This document shows positions 54,791-64,000 of a DNA stretch of 64,000 bases, piece after piece. Below the pieces are notes generated by a model. It worked only from the letters and a program-made list of their open reading frames with translations, was not told the DNA's origin and searched no databases. The first letter of the stretch is position 1, and the number at the start of each line of letters is the position of its first letter. The stretch is from Salpingoeca rosetta (lineage: Eukaryota; Protista; Choanoflagellata): NCBI GenBank assembly GCA_033442325.1, contig JAWQFM010000022.1, positions 446,025 through 510,024 of the forward strand. The letters are read 5' to 3'. The position numbers were made by a program, and so were the translations under genes.

Positions 54791-57700
54791 ACACACAGTT
54801 CCAATTGGTGCACCCGGTCCAAAGGGGTTCACGGGCGATACCGGCGCGAAGGGTCCACAGGGTCCACAGGGAGCACGCGGCCCGCAAGGCGCTCCAGGTA
54901 CTTGCATGCACACATGCACGCACACATGTGTTGAGCTTTTGATGTGTGTGTGTGTATTCATGTGTTTGTACGTACAAGCATGTGGAAAACCTGTACACGT
55001 GTGTTTCCAAGTGTGTTGGGGGGGGGGAATCTCGCTTGCTAGCTCGCTTGCTTGCTTGTTTGGTGTTTGGAGTCTGCCACTCCTACCTTATGCATATCCG
55101 ACATCTTTTAACATCCTTCACGCCATTGCCACAACCATCTTCCCCTGCTCCCTGCACGCGGCACGCTGTCACCGTCCAAAGGCCAGGACGGTGCTGTTGG
55201 CGCCAAAGGGATCAAGGGCGACATGGGCGCACCAGGACCAGCCGGTCCGCAGGGCGATCAAGGTGCACGCGGTGACGCGCCATGTCGCACCTGCACACTG
55301 ACTGCATGCTTTGTCTGTTTGCATTTGACAGGGAGGGCGGACGGGGTTGCAAGGTTTCTGTTGTGACATGACTATTGGTGTTCATGCACGACCTCTGCCC
55401 AACATGAGCTTGCATACATACACACTCACTCACTCACTCACTCACTCACTCACTCACTCACTCACTCACTCACTCACTCACTCACTCACTCACACAATCG
55501 TCCATGTCTGTTCACAGGTTCTCCTGGCCCCATTGGACCTCAGGGGCCTGTGGGGGTGCCTGGCCTTCAAGGCGTCAAGGGACCACAGGGGCTGCCGGGG
55601 CCACAGGGCGACCAGGGCATCAAAGGTGCGGCGCCATCGTGCTCTCGTGTGCACGTGCTCATTCTGTTTGCTTTCCGTTTTTTTTTTTCTTTGTTCATTC
55701 TGACCAAAACAGTGACGGCTACAGTGCCAGCATGTTCGTGTCCGCAGTTGCTCGATGCCTTTCCTTGCTGCACGTGGCGTTTCACCCTTTTGCATATCGC
55801 CCCTCTCCCTCTCTATTGTTCTCTTTCTTTCTCTCCCGTTCTCTTTCCCTGCTGTCTTCAAGCTCTTCACGCCCTTTGCTGCCTCTTTGCGTTGTGTGTT
55901 GTCCTTTCTCATGACCGTTTATCGTTTGACCAATTTACTCAGGTGTTCAAGGTGATCCCGGCCCACAGGGCAGCCCAGGTCCCAGTGGCATCCAGGGAGA
56001 TAAGGGTGCGTGAATGTGTATGTGCGTGCATGAGTGTGATTGTGTGTATTTGTGGGCGTGAAGATGAACATGTGCTTGTGTGCGCGTGCGTACGCAGCAG
56101 CTTCACTTTGCTCCCATATGCTGAACATCACTTCGCTGAAGCACAACCCAAGCGTCCAATCTCTTGTTCTCATCATGCCCTCTCCCCACCTTCCACTGTC
56201 CCTCTCCACCCAGGCCCTGTGGGCGATATTGGGTTGCCCGGGCCACAAGGAATTCCCGGCCCAAAAGGACCAACAGGTGAATGCTCCCGCTGAATTTGCA
56301 ACTGGATGCAAGGAACCCTTACACACACACACGCACACACACACACACGCACACACACACACACACGCACACACACACACACACGCACTCACTCACTCAC
56401 ACACACACACACACACACTCACAAACTCACTCACACACACTCACTCACTCACTCACTCACTCACGCACACATACACATACACTCACTCACACACACACAC
56501 ATACACATACACTCACTCACACACACACACATACACACACATACACATACACTCACTCACACACACACACACACACACACATACACTCACTCACACTCAC
56601 TCACACAACACGTGGCACCGCCAACGACAGGCCCTGTTGGCGTGCGTGGATTGAAAGGGCCAATGGGCGACCCTGGGCCCATTGGCGTACAAGGCGATGT
56701 TGGTGCACAAGGCCCCCAGGGAATCAAAGGGCTGCAAGGGTCACAGGGGCCACAGGGCCTAAAAGGAGCGCAGGGCCCACAAGGCGATCCCGGCCTGCAG
56801 GGTGTCCAGGGCGACAAAGGCACAACAGGTGACCAAGGTCCTGTGGGTCCAAAGGGCCCTCGTGGCGAAGATATCAACCCAGCGCTGATCCAGCACCTGC
56901 AGAGCAACATCTCAATCGAAGCGTCACAGACCAGCGACGCTGCCGAATCCTTGAATGCGGACATATCCTCGCGCATCGTCAACACGTCGCTCACCACAGA
57001 CGAGCTCATGCGCAGCGCCATCTCGCACGAGACGCAGCGCCAGGCCGCCGCCCGCTCCATGCTGAGTCTGCAGATTTCAACAGACCAGGCCGCCCTGTCC
57101 AGTGAAGTGCAGCGCGCCACGCAGGCGGAGTCCTCCCTCTCCGTGTCCGTGGCCGGGCTGAGCGGCGCCGTGGTGGGCGGTGTCTCCTCTGTATCGCAGA
57201 TGATCAGCGCAATGGACAGCGGTGCCGTCGCGCGCGAGGCGTCCCTGCACGTGCGCGCCAGCAACGAGCGCATCAGGGCAGACAGCGCGCACGCCTCGCT
57301 AGAATCGCAACTCCAACAGCAGGCCAGCGCGGTGGCGGCTGCAGACGCACGTGCGCGCAGCACAGAGGACATGCTTGCAAGCAGCCTGTCGTTGCAGGTG
57401 ACATCGAGCATCAGCGGTGAGGCCACCACTGCCCAGAACGTGTCATCCCTTGCAGCCCTGGCCCATGCCCGCCAGCTGTCACTGCAATCGGACATTTCCT
57501 CCGCTACACAGGAGGCCGGGCACCAGGAGTCATCCCTGCAGCGCCAGGCAGAGTCGCTCGTGTCCGCACTCAGCACGGAGGAGACACGGCGTGTGCAGGC
57601 CTCGTCCTCCCTGGCATCCAGCATACTCGCACGACGATCAGGTGCCATGGCGACAGAGTCATCGCTAGCAGCAGCCATCAGCGCACAGCGCACGTCCACG

Positions 57701-60700
57701 GGCACCAGCATCTCCTCCCTCACCACTGCCCTCTCCTCTGCCGCATCCCTTGGACAGCAGGCAGACGACAGCCTGGCGTCGCTGCTGTCTGCAACAGCAA
57801 ACGCCGCCGTGTCCCGGGAAACGAGTCTGCAGCACACGCTCGACAGCGCCGTGTCCCTTGCCTCGTCTGCAGAGGCGACACTTGATCGCGAGCTCAGCAT
57901 CGACGTGTCGCGTGCCGTGTCTGCAGAGGCGTCCATATCCACGGCCGTGCAGGACCGCATCTCCACTGCAAAGGCGGAAGAGGCTGCGCTCGACAGCGCG
58001 CTGCAGTCACTGCATGATGTTGTGCGCGTGTCCAACGCGAACGTCTCCCTGCAGCTGCAGGCGGCCCAGTCCCGTGCTGTGCGCGAGGAAAGTCGCCTGT
58101 CCGCTGCCGTTGTCAGCGAAGCCAATCGGGCCGAGCACGCCCGTGCGGACGTGGCATCCTCCCTCTCCAGCGAGCACGTCCGCGCGCTGTCGGCCGTATC
58201 GTCGCTCAACGCTGCCGGGCATGACGCAATGACCTCTGCGCAGTCATCTGAAGCGCACGTGAGCAGTGCCATCACAGCAGAGGCCGGCCGGGCGCAATCG
58301 CGAGAGGAAATCGTGAGCGCAGCCATCAGCGCGCACACTGTCTCCCGCCTCTCTGCACAGGGCGTGCTGTCATCGTCCATTACCGCTGCTAGCAGCGCGG
58401 CAAGGGTAAATGCTTCGCAGTTGCGCGCAAACGTTGCAGCGCTCTCCTCCACACTGCACCAGCAGCACAGCCAGCTTGAGACCTCGTTTGCGATCGTTGC
58501 CTCTGACACGTCAACCGCCCTCAGCAGCCTGGAGGTGTTTCGCACTGCAGTCGACACCAGCGCGGTGTCCAGGGCGACGAGCATTGCTGCCGACATCTCA
58601 GCAGAGCAGAGCAGGTCGTCAGCGCAGCACGCGTCGCTCAACTCGCAGCTGTTAACAGCCATCGCTCGGGCAGACAGTGCGCAGGCAGCGTTGAGGGTCG
58701 AGGAGCAGGGTGCGGCTTCCAGTGCCAGCACCGCCGCTTCGTCGCTGGCGGTGGCAGCAGAGCAGGAGCGGGCGCGCGCGGTAAACCGGACACTGGAGCT
58801 GAACAGCCAAGTGTTGCAGGAGCAGAGCCGCGTGCAAGTTGCGCATGCGAGTGTTGCTGTCTCGCTGGCGCAGGTGTCATCGGAAGCAAGCGCGCTCGCC
58901 GCCACGCACGGCAACTTTGTGTCCTCTGAACAGAGCAGAGGCGCCGACACCCGCGCGTCCATCGCCACAGCGCTGTCTCGCGACACACAAACGCTACACG
59001 CCGTGGACGCGTCGCTGGAGACATTCATCTCGGACGCGTCGCAGCAGCTCATCACAGCGGATCAGCAGCTGTCCACTGAGCTCTCCGGTGTGCAGCAGAC
59101 GCGGTTGGCGGCCGACGCTGCGCTGCGTGAGCACCTAACGTTCACGCACAGCACGCTGTCGACCATGGTGGCGGTTGAAGCGGACAAGGCGGTTTCGCGG
59201 GAGCAGCGGGTGCTGGGGCGTCACGCCGCTGTCGCACAGGAGCTCAAGACAACGACGGTGAAGGCAATCATCGCCAACGATGTTGCCTGCACGCTCGAGA
59301 CGTGCAATTCACAGAAGATTGTCATGTGTCCCAGCGCGGCCCACCCAAACGCTGGTGCAACGACAGGCCTGGTGCAGGATCTGCTACTGGCGTTTCAGGC
59401 CAACCCGGAACGCTGGGTGCTCGACACATCGCGACAGCCAAAGCCGTCCACAATCGGCTTACAGGACCTTCGCATTCCGCGCGCATACATTCGCACGTCG
59501 CGGCAGGATGACGCATGCCTGGAGTTTGACGTGGATGTGGGCAGCGAGGCGGCGTACACGGCCGACTACACCGCGCCGGCACAGCAGCAGCAGCAGCAGC
59601 AAAGACGGCGGCGGAGGCGGAGTGTTGGAGATGTGCGGGCGCCTGGCACTGACAGCACTGGTGGTGCTGATGGCGCTGGTGGTGCTGATGGCGCTTCATC
59701 TAGTGGCATGGAATACAAGAACTCGAACCACCAGCAACAGTTGCGGGACCAACTATCACAGCAGGAGCAGCAACAGTCTGTCGCGCGTTCGCGCCGGGTT
59801 GCCTTTGTGTCTGACGATGACTTGGCAGAGTGGACGCGCCAGCTCATGATCACGGCTGGTGCGTCGCCCACTGTCGATGCCACTGGCAGGAAGTTGGTTG
59901 TTTTTGTACCTGCAGCCGTGGACGACGCCTTGCAACAGGGCGGAACCAGCAACGGCGACGATGATGTGCTTTCCGTGTCTGCACAACTGAGTTCGCTTGA
60001 CAAGCAGGTGGCTGCGGTGCGTCAGCACACGCACACGCTGCTTGCGGACACCATGCGCGCAATGGCCGACTTCAACACGACGTGGCAGGCGCTGCGTGAA
60101 GCGGAGGCCACGATTGAGTCGCGGCTCACCACCACAGCCACCACGACCACGACCACGACAACGACCACCACAACCGCAACCACGACGACGACAACAACAA
60201 CGACAACAACGAGCAGTGCACCGGACAGAGCGGGCGCGAGCACGTCCGTATTTGGCTCTGCGCCGCCGCTGCTGGTTTATGTTGCGATTGGCAATGCTGG
60301 CGCCATCATCATCGCCGTCATCGTCCTGATTGTTGTGCGGCGGCGGTACGCCAGCCAGCCCAAGGTGCACGTGGCCAAGAAGCGCCAACCCCCCAACAAG
60401 CACTTGTCCACCTCGTCCCTTCCTGCAACAGCAACAACATCCCCGTGGCGCCATTCGTTTGTTGGTGCCGGCGCTGGCGTCCGCAATTCCTTCAGCGGGG
60501 ACATGCCTGCTCTCCGCCGCCACTCCTCCTCGTCCACGACCATCATCGACGAGATGTTGGGGGCGCGCACGGTGACGAACCCGCTGTTCCACACGGCGAT
60601 TGAGGAAGCAGACGAGGCGGAGGGTGCGAGTCAGTACTACCAGCAGGTGGAGCCTGTGAAGGAAGATACAGACTCCGACGTGTTTGATCTCGACGCCATC

Positions 60701-60712
60701 GCCGGAGAGTGA
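52527..60712 (+). CDS. Dermatopontin-domain / collagen / Ser-Ala coiled-coil type I membrane protein, paralogue B
   Basis: MLL|[18 protein letters not shown] signal. DERM repeats [16 protein letters not shown]...[16 protein letters not shown]...[18 protein letters not shown]...[10 protein letters not shown]. Collagen exons 54799-54897, 55182-55262, 55518-55625, 55943-56005, 56214-56276, 56631-. 805-aa stalk; RRRRRR/RSRR; Thr run; [25 protein letters not shown]; tail NPLF. Confidence 0.87.
53971..54190. repeat. 25-bp minisatellite (CACCCCGCCACTGCCGTCACACCAC) x ~8.8, intronic
   Basis: Perfect tandem copies ending 7 nt before the exon start (AATGCAG acceptor). Confidence 0.95.
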
Positions 60713-60714
60713 TC

Positions 60715-60945
60715 GTGTGTGTGTGTGTGTGTGTTGTGTTGTGTTGTGTTGTGTTGTATTGTGTTGTATTGTGTTGTGTTGTGTGGTGCTGTGTGTTGTG
60801 TTTGTGTTGTGTTTGTGTGTGTGTTGTGTTGTTTGCTTGTGTGTGTTGTGTTTGTGTGTGTGTTATGTTTGTGTGTGTGTTGTGTTGTGTTGTGTTTGTG
60901 TGTGTGTCGTGTTGTGTGTTGTCGCGTGTGGTCGCGTGTGTCCTG
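60715..60945. repeat. (GT)n/(GTGTT)n degenerate microsatellite in the 3' region of paralogue B
   Basis: Visible. Confidence 0.9.
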
Positions 60946-61616
60946 TCTTTTCTGCTTTGATCTTTATCATTACTTTTGTGCTATTCTCCATGTTTAGACG
61001 AGCATTTATCTCTTCCTGTCGTTCCCCTTCTGCTTCTTTGATTTTACGGTCAAGCGCAGCGCAGCTTGATGAATGCCTGTTGTTATTTCACTTTCTTCCT
61101 TCAGTTGGGGTTTGTATGTTTTCTGCAGTTGTCAGGTGCACATGGTCGCTTGATGGCTGTGGTTGCTCGGTGGTGTTGGGGGAGAGGGTTGTTGTGTGTC
61201 GTGTTGTTTCGTTTGGTGAGTTGTGGTAACGCAGGAACCGCAGTAATTGAACGAGTTTTATGCAATTGGCTGACACTGATTGAATGAAGCAAGTACGAAT
61301 GAGGAGCACAAAACAAAACAAAGCACACACATGGAGCACCAACAGCAAGCTAGGAGGTCGTTGAAACTGACAGCATGCATGGACGAACAAGAACGAATGG
61401 ACAGGCAAGCGTGGGGCAAGGCACAAGCACAAGAAAGCAACAACACTGCGCAGGGGCAATCACACACACACACACACACTCTCTCTCTCTCTCACGCACA
61501 CACACATGCACAATGCACGCGTGCACAATGAACACACGTTCACACACACACATTTTCTTTCTCACGCGCGCGCACACACGTTCACACACATGCACAAAGT
61601 TCACGCATGCACATAC

Positions 61617-62128
61617 TCAGCGCGAAAAGACAATGTCTGTAAACTGCTGGTAATCCAGGGAGTTGTCCTTGGCTGCAGAGGGCACAGTCTCCTTCACAAA
61701 GTCAAGGTGCTCTTGCTTGAGCCGCTGCAACTTGTCCAGACCAACACGCTCCTCGTCCCGCGCAATGAAGGAGAAGGAGCCGAGAATGTGCTCGCGCGTA
61801 TGGATGACGCCAATGAGGTGGATCATGAGTTCCTTGAACTGCTGCAAGTTGAGGCGACCGCCAGACCCGAACGTGCGCATGTGGTTCTCCACCTCGGCCG
61901 ACGTCAACTCTTCACCAAGCGAGAACAGACACGCCTTGAGCTCCTTCTTCTCGATGGATCCAGACCCGTCCCGGTCAAACTTCTTGAAGAAGCTCTCAAT
62001 CTCCTGCAAGCACAGAGGCGTGCGGAAGTGAGTGGGGAGGTGTTGGTGGAGCTTGATAATACCGGGGTTGCTTGCCAGAGATGAGTGGGCACTTACACAA
62101 AAGGGCACACAAAAGGGCACACACAAGG

Positions 62129-62190
<62 letters not shown>

Positions 62191-62798
62191 CACACACGCA
62201 CACCTCAAGCTGCGCCTTGGAGACGCCGCGGGACTTTTTGAATTCAATCTCGCGCTCCAGAAGCGGTTTCTTGTACGTGAGGAGCTTATGGTAGTCGTCA
62301 AACTGGCTCGTCAGGTCTTGCAGTGTCACAGAGCTGTGCGGGTTGTATTCGATGCCCAGTTCCTGACAACATTCGTTAAATTAGTGACGAAATGGGTTCC
62401 AGGGTTGATGGCACAATGAGGAGACTTGATGAGGGAAGAAGCAACACGTGTGTGCTTGCGAAAGGATCCACAAATACAGGTGTTCAGGTTTGCAGTGCAC
62501 ATGCAAGCACACATGCGCACATACGCAAACACAAACAACACAAACGCACATATGCGCATGCACACACACACACCTTCATCCTGTGCGAGAGCGCCTCAAT
62601 CTCGACCAGCTTTTCGCGTTCTTGCGTCATGTTGGCGAGCTCAGAGTCAATCTTTTCCAATTGCTCTGTCAGGGTTCCCTGACAGGTACGGCAATGCAGC
62701 ATTCCAAACCATCTCGTCAGTACACATATGTGCAAAACGTTTACGCGCACACACGCACACACGCACACACACACACGCACACACACACACACACATGT

Positions 62799-62870
<72 letters not shown>

Positions 62871-63181
62871 CCCGCGAGGCGAGAGAACTATTCTATCAGT
62901 GGATACGCTAGCCACTACAAGTTTTTTAACTGATCACTCAATGCTTAACAATTTGGTCGTTCCTCGTGGCGGAATAATACTAAGTGCGATCTCGGGCCAT
63001 GGCTTATTTTAGTAAGGCCGCGCGCTAGCACTGGGCGCACAATTATGTCTCGCTAGGAATACTGTCACTAGTCCTCCCAGAGACCAATAATAGGGCTGTG
63101 TCGATCCAGGGGAGTCGTAACACGACGACACACACGACACACACACACGACACGACACACACACACACACACTACGACGAC

Positions 63182-63255
<74 letters not shown>

Positions 63256-63822
63256 CATTAACACACACATGTGCGCGCACACATGCACGCATTACCCCCC
63301 TCCCAAAATACACACCTGGGGCTTGGCCATGGCGTCGATGCTCTGACGAAGGGAGGTCATGAGCGGGTTGACCTTGGCCGCAAACTCCCTGCACAGCTCA
63401 TCGTTCGCCTTCTGCAGTGCAAGGGCCTTCTCGTACTGCTCGTCCCGGAACTTGAGTGCCGCTGCCATGGAGGCATGGACAGACATAGTGCACGTATTGA
63501 TGGTGAGGTGGGGAAGAATAGGTGGGAGAGGTGGTGGTGGTGGTCGTCGTCGTCGTGGCAATGACCGCTCGTATGGACTGCTGTCAAGCGTCAATTGTGA
63601 TGCAATCAACACAAACTACGCAAATGATCCACATGTCACACTCGATACAAACGACGCACAATCACAGTGACAGGCAACAAACGAACAAACAAACAAAATA
63701 AACACACAGAAAGGCCATTGCGCGCACCCTTGAGGTCGGATTGAAGGCCGTTCAGGCCAGCCTCATCCAGGGAGGTGTATGGGTTGCTCACAGGGCCATA
63801 ACCCGACAGTTTCGAGTACACT
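61617..63822 (-). CDS. Alpha-actinin-like protein, C-terminal part (spectrin-like repeats + EF-hands); gene continues beyond the window
   Basis: Spliced: ...NPYTSL...|...[14 protein letters not shown]...|[10 protein letters not shown]...|[17 protein letters not shown]...GVSKAQLE|[30 protein letters not shown]...[13 protein letters not shown]. Confidence 0.85.
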
Positions 63823-64000
63823 TGCATGCAAGTCGCCTGTTTTCCATTCAAAGCACATCAGATGAAAGGGTGAGTGCAAGACACACATGGTTTCCCAAAC
63901 ACGCACGCAGTATGCACACGTGCAAATAAAACTTGCAGCGCAAGCAAGTGCACCCCTTCCCCGCGGCATCTCGTGCATAAAAACAATAGTAAAGACAATC

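Noticed and set aside
56587-59055. 822-aa antisense ORF (also 7617-9500 and 39647-40770)
   Set aside because: Shadow ORFs opposite GC-rich, Ala/Ser/Cys-biased coding exons; no domain features

Overview
Intron-rich, GC-rich eukaryotic genomic DNA with (CA)n/(GT)n microsatellite-laden introns and two assembly gaps. Gene content and intron style point to a choanoflagellate, most likely Salpingoeca rosetta (inference). Twelve protein-coding genes can be reconstructed by hand-splicing: a 5'-truncated giant MEGF8/attractin-family receptor (+), a DeSI/PPPDE isopeptidase (-), a GST (+), an MptpB-like HCxxGKDRTG phosphatase (-), LSM12 (-), a Sel1-repeat protein (-), an atypical ARF-family GTPase (-), a periplasmic-binding-protein/kinase/guanylate-cyclase receptor (+), a divergently oriented pair of dermatopontin-collagen-coiled-coil transmembrane paralogues (- and +) flanking a Dpy-30-motif gene (-), and the 3' end of an alpha-actinin-like gene (-). 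The most striking observation is the paralogue pair. The two genes differ strongly in sequence and intron layout, yet have matched lengths of uninterrupted collagen (72 vs 72-73 Gly-X-Y) and coiled-coil stalk (804 vs 805 aa), and both carry twin furin-type sites and NPxY/F tails. This suggests a length-calibrated, possibly heterotrimeric, sheddable surface fibre/adhesin. All exon boundaries are manual predictions; no searches were run.
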